From the NCBI GenBank assembly GCA_947453415.1, contig CANGGG010000004.1:3542-67541 (forward strand): a stretch of 64,000 bases of DNA, in the 5' to 3' direction. The translations under genes and the position numbers were made by a program. The DNA comes from Bacteroidota bacterium (GTDB taxonomy: Bacteria > Bacteroidota > Bacteroidia > UKL13-3). Shown here piece by piece: positions 1 through 7,789 of this stretch; positions within the stretch are counted from its first letter, which is position 1, and each line of letters opens with the position of its first letter. The notes beneath the pieces were generated by a model that was not told the origin of the DNA, did no database searches, and saw nothing but the letters and a program-made list of their open reading frames with translations.

Positions 1-1899
1 ATCTGAACATCCAGTATTACTTACTATGGCTCTGTATGTATAGGCAGAATCAGCCAATAAACTATCTTTGATTTCATTGGACATGATGGCATTATTTTTT
101 AACCATTTATAAGTTAATCCTGCTGTGTTTGGAGTAACTTTAAAAGTACTTACCAAACCTTTGCAAAACGAATCTCTGTTATTGGTAATAACAGGTGTGC
201 TAAAACCAGCCACTAAACTAATGGCATAAGCAGTTCCTAAGTTCAGGGTATCTGAACTTGAATTTACCCTAATTTTATAATTTCTATTTAAAAACAAACC
301 CGTTGGTATGCTAATAGGAATAAAGCCAATGGAATCTGTAGTAGTTTTAGTGCCAATATTAGTAGCGTTGGTAAACGAACCCGAAGAATCGGAAAGCTGT
401 ATTGTAAACACATTGCCCGAAAGTAAATTAAGTCCGCTAGTTCGGTAATTAACATTGGTACTTGTAGCTTTATTATTACAAAAAATACTTTTGGTACTAC
501 TATCAATAAATATGGTTTTTGGTGTTTCTACTTTGATGGTTATACCGCGAATTACAAAAGCTTTAGCGCATGTTCTATCTGTTCCTTTAACAGTAAATAA
601 GTATGGTTCTTGTCTAATAGCACTTAATGGCGGAGTCCAACAAAATTTAAAACTATCAGCTTTTGGTCCATTGATTGTGCGTTGGCTTAAAATATAATTT
701 CTGGTAAATGTAGCATTACCCATTACCGAAAAATACAAACTTGGATTATTCCAAATCATATCTGTTGTGTCTGCTAAAATGGTAACATTTCCATTAGTTG
801 AATTTGGTAATTGAAATTGATCTTCAGTAACTATATCCAAACATAATTGTGAACCTGCTGTGGCAATATAATTATTGACACCATATTGGAGTAAATTGTT
901 TTTATAAACTTTAATGATTGGTGATTTGTTTGGTAAACACAAGTTCGTTTGAAATTGAACATCTCGCCTTGTAATTCCCACATTTACCCTAACTCCACTT
1001 ACTAATTTCCATTGGGTAACTTCTATGACTAAGAAAGTAACAAAAACCCCAACTGCCCTAAACATAATGTCACCTGTAATGGGGTCAATCCTTAAACCAC
1101 CAGGATATGTAGATACTGAATCTGGTGAATTTAAATAAGGAAATGGATTTGTTTTTCTGAAAGGAGGAACATAAGTTACTACTGAGTTAATACCTTGGTA
1201 TGATTCTCCAAAAGCATAACTTAAAGAATCGCCATCGGGATCCATAGCGCCTAAATTATAAACTATATCTATTCCAGCACAAATTAATGGAATGGCATCA
1301 TTGGTAAATATTGGTGCTGAATTACAAGAAGTTTGACATTTATTTACAATGCATAAAGCTTGAAAACTTCCTGGAACAATAGTAGTAGTTGCACCATTTC
1401 TACAACAAGCATTTGCTCCTAAAATTACATTACAGCAGGTGCTTGGTAAACTACTTAAATCCACATTACCTTCATAAGTATAAACCTCTATTCCCGGGCT
1501 AAAAGTACCAGCAGTTCGGGTATTACAATTGGTACAAATAGTTTGTACATTATTACAAAGTTGAATAATATCGTAGCCACTTGATGATGATACTATATTT
1601 AAAGTAAAACTACCATAATTTACACCAACATAAGGTGCTGTTGCACCAATAATTTGGGTGCTAAACCCCGAACTTGCTGTAGTACAGCCAGCAACATTTC
1701 CATTTGGAATAGCAGTAGTACAACCTGGGCATAAAGGAATCCCCGTACAATCTCTATATATTTTCAAAGTTACCATGTAAACATTTGGCGTGCTGGTACA
1801 TTTATAACTAATATCGCTTCCTACAAAGTGAGATGCTTTACTTTTTAATGTTATTAAACTTAATAAAATACTGGCTAAAATGTAGAAATGTTTTTTCAT
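1..1899 (-). CDS. Large secreted Cys-rich surface protein, N-terminal 633 codons only (continues beyond the left edge). Resembles the N-terminal module of Bacteroidota gliding-motility-associated / T9SS type B cargo proteins
   Basis: Not in the ORF track because no stop lies in the window. Hand translation of the reverse strand from ATG at 1899 stays open for all 633 codons down to position 1. Signal peptide MKKHFYILASILLSLITLKSKA, then SHFVGSDISYKC..LKIYRDCTG, many Cys, and DPDGDSLSY and FTIQLSDSSGSF motifs. Confidence 0.7.
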   Translation of the reverse strand, partial: MKKHFYILASILLSLITLKSKASHFVGSDISYKCTSTPNVYMVTLKIYRDCTGIPLCPGCTTAIPNGNVAGCTTASSGFSTQIIGATAPYVGVNYGSFTLNIVSSSSGYDIIQLCNNVQTICTNCNTRTAGTFSPGIEVYTYEGNVDLSSLPSTCCNVILGANACCRNGATTTIVPGSFQALCIVNKCQTSCNSAPIFTNDAIPLICAGIDIVYNLGAMDPDGDSLSYAFGESYQGINSVVTYVPPFRKTNPFPYLNSPDSVSTYPGGLRIDPITGDIMFRAVGVFVTFLVIEVTQWKLVSGVRVNVGITRRDVQFQTNLCLPNKSPIIKVYKNNLLQYGVNNYIATAGSQLCLDIVTEDQFQLPNSTNGNVTILADTTDMIWNNPSLYFSVMGNATFTRNYILSQRTINGPKADSFKFCWTPPLSAIRQEPYLFTVKGTDRTCAKAFVIRGITIKVETPKTIFIDSSTKSIFCNNKATSTNVNYRTSGLNLLSGNVFTIQLSDSSGSFTNATNIGTKTTTDSIGFIPISIPTGLFLNRNYKIRVNSSSDTLNLGTAYAISLVAGFSTPVITNNRDSFCKGLVSTFKVTPNTAGLTYKWLKNNAIMSNEIKDSLLADSAYTYRAIVSNTGCSD

Positions 1900-2254
1900 G
1901 TTTTTTTTAATTGATGCAATTATAAAACATTAAACACTAAAAATATACTTAATCTAAACTAAGGTTTTAATTGTTTGCGGTTTATAGAGGCAATGCTTCG
2001 TGTTTAATTATATTGGGATAAGTAAAGCATTGCGTCATCAAAGGTTCGCACATTATTTGAATCAGTTCAGATTAATCCAAATGCAGTATTTATCAATACG
2101 TTTCAGCCTGTGGAATTCCTTGAAATCTGCGGAATATTTTATGTTATAAAGACGCTAAGCATCACGTAATTATATTTTCCATCACCAATCAACCCAATCC
2201 ATCCAAACCAAAAGCCTATCATTTATCAGCTATTTATTTTTAAACGATTACCCT

Positions 2255-2262
2255 TACATTTG
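2255..2262 (+). promoter_or_regulatory. Candidate Bacteroidota sigma-A -7 box (TACATTTG)
   Basis: Exact match to TAnnTTTG, 27 nt upstream of ATG 2290. It overlaps the TTG (2260) used by the ORF track, which argues for the ATG start. Confidence 0.45.
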
Positions 2263-2289
2263 CTAAAAAATAAAAAAAATTTAAATAAT

Positions 2290-3549
2290 ATGGATTTATT
2301 TGAAAAACTTAAAAGCAAACCGGGCCCATTAGGCCAACATGGAGATGATAGTTATGGATATTATATGTTTCCAAAACTAGAAGGTGAAATTGGGCCAAGA
2401 ATGATGTTTAGAGGAAAAGAAAAACTAAACTGGAGTTTGAATAATTATTTAGGTTTGGCAAATCATCCTGAAGTTAGGAAAATAGATGCTGAAGCTACTG
2501 CGCAATATGGTTTAGGTTACCCAATGGGCGCCCGAATGATGAGCGGAAATAGCACTAACCACGAACAATTAGAACGTGAATTAGCCGCTTTTGTTGGCAA
2601 ACCAGATTCAATTTTATTAAACTTTGGCTATCAAGGAATGGTTTCGGCCATCGATTGTTTAGTTGATAGACATGATGTAATTGTGTATGATGCCGAAAGC
2701 CACGCTTGTATTTTAGATGGAGTTCGTTTGCATATGGGTAAGCGTTTTGTTTATACGCATAATAATATGGAAAGTTTAGAAACTCAGTTAAAGCGTGCCG
2801 AAAAAATGGTGGCTGAAACTGGCGGTTCTATTTTAGTAATTACCGAAGGAGTTTTTGGAATGACGGGTGCGCAAGGCAATATTAAAGCCATTGCGGAGCT
2901 TAAGAAAAAATATAGTTTCCGTTTATTTGTAGACGATGCGCATGGTTTTGGAACCATGGGTAAAACCGGTGCGGGTGTAGGCGAGGAGCAAGGCATAATG
3001 GATGCCATAGATATTAACTTTGGTACTTTTGCTAAAAGCATGGCAGGAATTGGTGGTTTTATAGCTGGCGATAATTTAGTAATAAAACATTTGCGTTATA
3101 ACATGCGCTCTCAAATTTTTGCTAAAAGCTTACCAATGCCAATGGTTATTGGCGCTTTAAAACGTCTTTCATTGTTACGCGATCATCCTGAACATAAAAA
3201 CAATTTATGGAATATTGTTAATGCTTTGCAAAGTGGCTTAAAAGCCAAAGGTTTTAATATTGGTGTAACTACTACTCCGGTAACGCCTGTGGTACTTAAC
3301 GGAACCATTCCTGAAGCTACCGCCATTACGCACGAATTAAGAGAAACATTTAATATTTTTTGCTCAATAGTGGTTTATCCTGTGGTGCCAAAAGGAATGA
3401 TTATTTTACGTTTAATACCAACAGCAGTTCATACTCTTTCCGATGTGGAAGAAACCATTGCAGCGTTTTCCATTATTAAAGAAAAACTAGATGCAGGAGT
3501 TTACAATGAATCAGCATTTGTAACCATGGGCGAAGCGGCTAAAGTGTAA
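2290..3549 (+). CDS. PLP-dependent alpha-oxoamine synthase family enzyme (serine palmitoyltransferase / cysteate-acyl transferase / Kbl-BioF-like)
   Basis: NYLGLANHPEV, GYQGMVSAIDCL, FVDDAHGFG and FAKSMAGIGGF (PLP lysine) motifs typical of the AOS family. Start moved to ATG 2290 (MDLFEKLK). Confidence 0.85.
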   Translation: MDLFEKLKSKPGPLGQHGDDSYGYYMFPKLEGEIGPRMMFRGKEKLNWSLNNYLGLANHPEVRKIDAEATAQYGLGYPMGARMMSGNSTNHEQLERELAAFVGKPDSILLNFGYQGMVSAIDCLVDRHDVIVYDAESHACILDGVRLHMGKRFVYTHNNMESLETQLKRAEKMVAETGGSILVITEGVFGMTGAQGNIKAIAELKKKYSFRLFVDDAHGFGTMGKTGAGVGEEQGIMDAIDINFGTFAKSMAGIGGFIAGDNLVIKHLRYNMRSQIFAKSLPMPMVIGALKRLSLLRDHPEHKNNLWNIVNALQSGLKAKGFNIGVTTTPVTPVVLNGTIPEATAITHELRETFNIFCSIVVYPVVPKGMIILRLIPTAVHTLSDVEETIAAFSIIKEKLDAGVYNESAFVTMGEAAKV

Positions 3550-3559
3550 GTAAATTAAA

Positions 3560-3618
3560 CGTTATTGCGAGGAACGAAGCAATCTTAAAATGAGATTGCT
3601 TCGTTCCTCGCAATAACG
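3560..3618. repeat. Perfect 26-bp-stem palindrome (REP-like element or terminator substitute)
   Basis: cgttattgcgaggaacgaagcaatct / loop taaaatg / agattgcttcgttcctcgcaataacg. GC-richer than the flanks and no T-run follows. Confidence 0.8.
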
Positions 3619-3667
3619 AATGCAAAAACAAAAAATTATTTTAGGAAAAATTTAGTTTTAGATTTCT

Positions 3668-3675
3668 TACTTTTG
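3668..3675 (+). promoter_or_regulatory. Candidate -7 box (TACTTTTG)
   Basis: Exact TAnnTTTG, 23 nt upstream of ATG 3699. Confidence 0.45.
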
Positions 3676-3698
3676 GAATCTAATATAAAAAATAAAGA

Positions 3699-4187
3699 AT
3701 GAAAAAAATTGCAATCTTACTAAGTGTATTCATTACCATTTTAGGTATTTACTCATTTAAACCAACCAATGAAGAAGTTAAATGGATGAACTTTAACGAT
3801 GGTTATACATTGGCCAAAAAGAAAAATAAAATCATGTTGGTAGATGTTTATACCGAATGGTGTGGCTGGTGTAAACGCATGGATAAAGACACTTATGCCA
3901 AACCAAACATTGCTACTGAATTAAACAAAAACTATGTTTCGGTTAAGTTTAATCCAGAAGTTACTGGCGTTACTTATACTTATAATGGTAAAACATATGA
4001 TGGTCCAGGTTTGGCCGGTGCTATTAGCAATAACAGCATTAGCGGATACCCAACTACCATATTTATTAACCCAAATTCCCACTTAACAAAAATAGAAGTT
4101 GGTTATAAAAACGAAGCTGATATGAGCGTAATTTTAGTTGATATTCAAAAGGCTCTTGCCGGTGGCAAAAAAGCTAAAAAGAAATAA
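3699..4187 (+). CDS. Secreted thioredoxin-fold protein (thioredoxin_7 / DUF255-like)
   Basis: N-terminal signal peptide. WCGWC redox motif in VDVYTEWCGWCKRMDKDTY. Confidence 0.75.
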   Translation: MKKIAILLSVFITILGIYSFKPTNEEVKWMNFNDGYTLAKKKNKIMLVDVYTEWCGWCKRMDKDTYAKPNIATELNKNYVSVKFNPEVTGVTYTYNGKTYDGPGLAGAISNNSISGYPTTIFINPNSHLTKIEVGYKNEADMSVILVDIQKALAGGKKAKKK

Positions 4188-4225
4188 ATTAAAGCTAAAT
4201 AAGCATTAGAAACAAAAAATATTGA

Positions 4226-4258
4226 AAGCCCGTTTCATTCAATGAAATGGGCTTTTTT
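4226..4258 (+). terminator. Rho-independent terminator
   Basis: aagcccgtttcatt..aatgaaatgggctt hairpin followed by tttttt. Confidence 0.75.
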
Positions 4259-4290
4259 ATTAGTCATAAAAAGCTAATTTATCAAATAAT

Positions 4291-5079
4291 ATGATGTCAA
4301 ATTCCGATACGTTTTTTACCGATTTTGATGAAAAAATCTCCCAAAATGATGTTCCTAGCAAATTGATATTAATGCAAGGAAACGAGCCTCATTTGCTTTG
4401 TAAAATAGCGGCTAGTCAATTACAAAATCATTTGGAAAATCAGGATGAATGGAATCATAATTTTGGGTTGGTAAATGAAAAAAAAGGAACAGTTATAGGT
4501 AAAATGTTTGGGGTTTTGGTAGTTAAAAACCAACAAAATGAAATTGGATATTTAGCAGCATTTTCGGGTAAGTTAGCAGGTGGAAATCACCATGCTAAGT
4601 TTGTTCCGCCCGTTTTTGATTTACTTACCAATAATAGTTTTTTAAACAATGGAATGATTGAACTTTCAAGAATTAATCAGCAAATTAAGATGTTAAAAGA
4701 AGAAAAACCATTGGCTTTTGAACAACAAATTAATCAATTAAAAGCATTAAGAAAAAGTAATTCCATTGCATTGCAATTAAAAATTTTTGAAAACTATCAT
4801 TTTATAAATGAAAGTGGAAAATCACAAAATATTTTATCAGTATTTAAAAACGCTTATTATAAAAATCCTCCAGCCGGAGCTGGTGAATGTGCTGCACCAA
4901 AACTATTGCAATATGCATTTAAAAACCTTATGAAACCACTTGCGCTTGCTGAGTTCTGGTGGGGATTATCGCCTAAATCGGAGCTTTGGAAACATGGAAT
5001 TTTTTATGCTTGCTGCAAAGAAAAATGTGAACCAATTTTAGCGCATATGTTAGCAGAAACTATTTATGAAATAAAGTAA
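4291..5079 (+). CDS. Conserved hypothetical protein with a C-terminal Cys cluster. Resembles the N-terminal module of long RluA-family pseudouridine synthases but has no synthase domain
   Basis: GKMFGVLVV..IGYLAAFSGKLAG, PPAGAGECAAPKLLQYAF, EFWWGLSPKS and FYACCKEKCEPILAHML motifs, with a coiled-coil-like insert at residues 118-165. The family assignment is from memory only. Confidence 0.45.
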   Translation: MMSNSDTFFTDFDEKISQNDVPSKLILMQGNEPHLLCKIAASQLQNHLENQDEWNHNFGLVNEKKGTVIGKMFGVLVVKNQQNEIGYLAAFSGKLAGGNHHAKFVPPVFDLLTNNSFLNNGMIELSRINQQIKMLKEEKPLAFEQQINQLKALRKSNSIALQLKIFENYHFINESGKSQNILSVFKNAYYKNPPAGAGECAAPKLLQYAFKNLMKPLALAEFWWGLSPKSELWKHGIFYACCKEKCEPILAHMLAETIYEIK

Positions 5080-5190
5080 AATTGTTTTACAAAATATATA
5101 CCATTTGTTCAATTTAAAAACGACATTTGAAATGATATTTTTTTGATTTTTAAACTTTAAAAATAGTTATTTTAAAATAAAAAATCCGCT

Positions 5191-5991
5191 TTGGAAATCC
5201 ATGTTTTAGAACAAAGTGATTTAGCTTTGATTGCTGAATTGCAGCCAAAAGGTTGGCCAGATATGCTGCCAGCAATTTCGTACTATGTTCAATCTCCAAA
5301 TAGTTTTCCTGTTAAATTAATTTACCAAAACAAAATTATAGGAATAGGAACAACTATAATTAATAATAACACTGCTTGGTTAGCGCATATTATTATTCAT
5401 CCAGATTTCAGAAATGAAGGATTTGGAAGAATTATTACTCAAAAATTAGTTAAAAGTTTATTTGAAAAAAATATTTCAACAATATATTTAATAGCTACTG
5501 AATTAGGGCTACCAGTTTATAAAAAAACAGGCTTCTTAGTAGAAACAGAATATTTGTTTTTTAAAGATTTTAAATCAGACAAAAGCATTTGTGTTTCAAA
5601 TAATATTGTTCCATTTATTGATGAATATAAATCTCAAATTTTAGCCTTGGATTATAATGCTTCAGGTGAAAACAGAATTCAATTAATTGAACCAAACTTA
5701 ATGGAATGTTTTGTGTATTTAAATGGTGAAATTGTAGAAGGTTTTTATTTGCCAACATTAGGTGAAGGAATGATTGTAGCCAATTCAAATATTGCCGGTA
5801 TAGAACTTATGAAACTTAGAATGACAACAAAAGATAACATTGCTTTTCCTATTGAAAATAAAGAAGCGGCTGACTTTTTGCATCAAAATAATTACAAAGA
5901 ATATAAAACCGCCAAACGCATGCGGTTAGGAATAAAAAGAGCTTGGCAACCACAAAACATTTATAATAGAATTGGTGGAAATTTAGGATAA
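5191..5991 (+). CDS. GNAT family N-acetyltransferase with a C-terminal extension domain
   Basis: AHIIIHPDFRNEGFGRIITQKLV (acetyl-CoA binding Q/RxxGxG/A-like motif). TTG start in the track. The exact start is uncertain. Confidence 0.7.
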   Translation: MEIHVLEQSDLALIAELQPKGWPDMLPAISYYVQSPNSFPVKLIYQNKIIGIGTTIINNNTAWLAHIIIHPDFRNEGFGRIITQKLVKSLFEKNISTIYLIATELGLPVYKKTGFLVETEYLFFKDFKSDKSICVSNNIVPFIDEYKSQILALDYNASGENRIQLIEPNLMECFVYLNGEIVEGFYLPTLGEGMIVANSNIAGIELMKLRMTTKDNIAFPIENKEAADFLHQNNYKEYKTAKRMRLGIKRAWQPQNIYNRIGGNLG

Positions 5992-6037
5992 AAAATTATT
6001 GTAAAGAATCAATTAAACTTTGAACATGAAAAAACAT

Positions 6038-6045
6038 TACTTTTG
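6038..6045 (+). promoter_or_regulatory. Candidate -7 box (TACTTTTG) with an upstream TTTG at 6019-6022
   Basis: Exact TAnnTTTG, 18 nt upstream of ATG 6064 of the small ORF. The TTTG lies 15 nt upstream, shorter than the usual spacing. Confidence 0.4.
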
Positions 6046-6063
6046 TTTTATTAAAAGCTTAAG

Positions 6064-6216
6064 ATGAAATCAGATAAAGTGCATTTTGTAAATGAAGAAG
6101 AAGTGCAAAAAAACCGAATGAATTTAACTCATACCGCACGTTTCAAATTATTAATGAAATTGATTCGAATAAACAAAATGATGAAGTCTGCTAAGATTAC
6201 ACATTTAAAAAAATAA
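6064..6216 (+). CDS. Small basic protein (50 aa), first gene of a two-gene module with the nucleotidyltransferase
   Basis: Below the ORF-track size cut-off. Hand translation gives MKSDKVHFVNEEEVQKNRMNLTHTARFKLLMKLIRINKMMKSAKITHLKK. The stop lies 4 nt before the next ATG, and a -7 box sits upstream. Confidence 0.5.
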   Translation: MKSDKVHFVNEEEVQKNRMNLTHTARFKLLMKLIRINKMMKSAKITHLKK

Positions 6217-6220
6217 CTTT

Positions 6221-6694
6221 ATGGATGTTTTTGAAGAGGATTTATTAAACTTTTGGAGGTGTTTAAATAAACATGGTGTTAAGTATATTTTAGTTGGGGG
6301 TTTTGCAACTAATTTTCATGGCTATTCTCGTTTTACATCTGATTTAGATATTTGGATAAAGGATTCGAAAGAAAACCGAAAAAATTTAAGGAAAGCCTAT
6401 GCAGAAAGTGGTAATGGCGACCTAAAAGAAATTGAAACTATTGAATTTATAGCTGGCTGGACCACATTGTACATTGCGGGAACTATGGAACTTGATATCA
6501 TGACGAAGTTGGTTGGTTTTGAACAAATAGATTTTGACATGTGTTACGAAGAAGCTCCAATTGCTAGTGTTATAGATGTAAATGTAAAATTCCTGCATTT
6601 GAATCATTTGCTAACAGAAAAACTAGCAGCAAATAGGAAAAAAGATTTGTTGGATGTAGAAGAATTAAAAAGGATAAACAATATCCAACCATAG
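6221..6694 (+). CDS. Minimal nucleotidyltransferase-fold protein (Pol-beta superfamily, DUF6036/AbiEii-like)
   Basis: GG-x13-DLD signature in ILVGGFATNFHGYSRFTSDLDIWI (nt 6296-6349). Size is about 157 aa. Confidence 0.6.
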   Translation: MDVFEEDLLNFWRCLNKHGVKYILVGGFATNFHGYSRFTSDLDIWIKDSKENRKNLRKAYAESGNGDLKEIETIEFIAGWTTLYIAGTMELDIMTKLVGFEQIDFDMCYEEAPIASVIDVNVKFLHLNHLLTEKLAANRKKDLLDVEELKRINNIQP

Positions 6695-6738
6695 TTAATT
6701 AAATTATTATTTACACCTTTAAAATCCAATCATATTTC

Positions 6739-7785
6739 ATGAAAAATATAATATTCTTTTTATCAATTTCAATTTGCTTTACACAATTTGCTCTGGCTCA
6801 ACAAAAAGAAAAGCATTTAAAAAATTTAACGCAACTTACTTATGGTGGCGATAATGCGGAAGCATATTTTAGTTTTAATAATAAAATGCTCAGTTTTCAA
6901 AGCAATAACAAAGCTTGGGGTTTACAATGCGACCAAATATTTAACTTAAATATTGCCAATGCAAGTAAAGATACAAGCTACAAACCACCCATGATAAGCA
7001 ATGGAAAAGGACGCACTACTTGCAGTTATTTTATGCCCAATAACAAACATATTTTATATGCTTCTACTCATTTGGGAAGTGCTGACTGTCCGCCTGAAAC
7101 CAAAGTGCCAGGCAAATATTTATGGGCTGTATATTCCGATTTTGATATTTTTGTTGCCGATTTAAATGGAAATATTATCAATCAACTAACCAATTCTCCT
7201 GGTTATGATGCCGAGGCAACCGTTTCGCCAAAAGGCGATAAAATAGTATTTACTAGCACCCGAAGTGGCGATTTAGAATTATGGACCATGAACATAGATG
7301 GCAGCAACCAAAAGCAAATTACTACTGGATTAGGTTATGACGGTGGTGCATTTTTTTCGCCCGATGGAAAACAATTAGTTTTCAGAGCATCTCGCCCACA
7401 AACTGAAGCTGAAGTTATTGATTACAAAGAATTATTATCAAAAGGGTTGATTGCTCCTGGCAATATGGAAATTTATACTTGTAACGTTGATGGTAGTAAT
7501 ATGAAGCAAATTACTCATTTGGGAAAAGCCAATTGGGCACCATTTTTTACGCCTTCAGGCAAAAAAATTATTTTTTCAAGTAACCATCATGCTGCCAAAG
7601 GATACGACTTTCAGTTATATACCATAAACATTGACGGAACAGGCTTGGAGCGCATTACCGATGAAAGTTTATTCAATGCATTTCCTATGTTTTCTCCCGA
7701 TGGAAAAAAATTAGTTTTTTCGTCCAATAGAAACAATCATGGAACCAGAGATACCAACTTATTTATAGCTGATTGGGTAGAATAA
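6739..7785 (+). CDS. Periplasmic TolB-like beta-propeller protein (PD40/WD40-like repeats)
   Basis: Signal peptide. Repeated SPDGKxLVF / SPKGDKIVFTSTRSGDLELW PD40 motifs. Confidence 0.8.
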   Translation: MKNIIFFLSISICFTQFALAQQKEKHLKNLTQLTYGGDNAEAYFSFNNKMLSFQSNNKAWGLQCDQIFNLNIANASKDTSYKPPMISNGKGRTTCSYFMPNNKHILYASTHLGSADCPPETKVPGKYLWAVYSDFDIFVADLNGNIINQLTNSPGYDAEATVSPKGDKIVFTSTRSGDLELWTMNIDGSNQKQITTGLGYDGGAFFSPDGKQLVFRASRPQTEAEVIDYKELLSKGLIAPGNMEIYTCNVDGSNMKQITHLGKANWAPFFTPSGKKIIFSSNHHAAKGYDFQLYTINIDGTGLERITDESLFNAFPMFSPDGKKLVFSSNRNNHGTRDTNLFIADWVE

Positions 7786-7789
7786 ATAC

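Noticed and set aside
288-697. Track ORFs 288..506 (-) and 455..697 (+)
   Set aside because: Both lie inside the 633-codon open frame of the edge-truncated surface protein and have hydrophobic, low-complexity translations.
1961-2230. tRNA, tmRNA, SRP RNA or a known riboswitch in the GC-richer spacer core
   Set aside because: I could recognise no cloverleaf with D-loop or T-loop consensus, no CCA-type 3' end, and no conserved riboswitch core (for example the TPP ctgaga motif). It is kept only as an unexplained structured spacer.
2260-2289. Extended N-terminal starts in the ORF track (2260, 10968, 24418, 41176, 44504, 48797, 51417, 61578)
   Set aside because: Downstream ATGs give canonical N-termini (MDLFEKLK, MKILILEDD, MKGYFTF, MKQKYYK signal peptide, MKILKTK, MQLSEAQ, MFWLKNK, MFNQIK). 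In several cases a -7 box or a terminator stem lies inside the extension.
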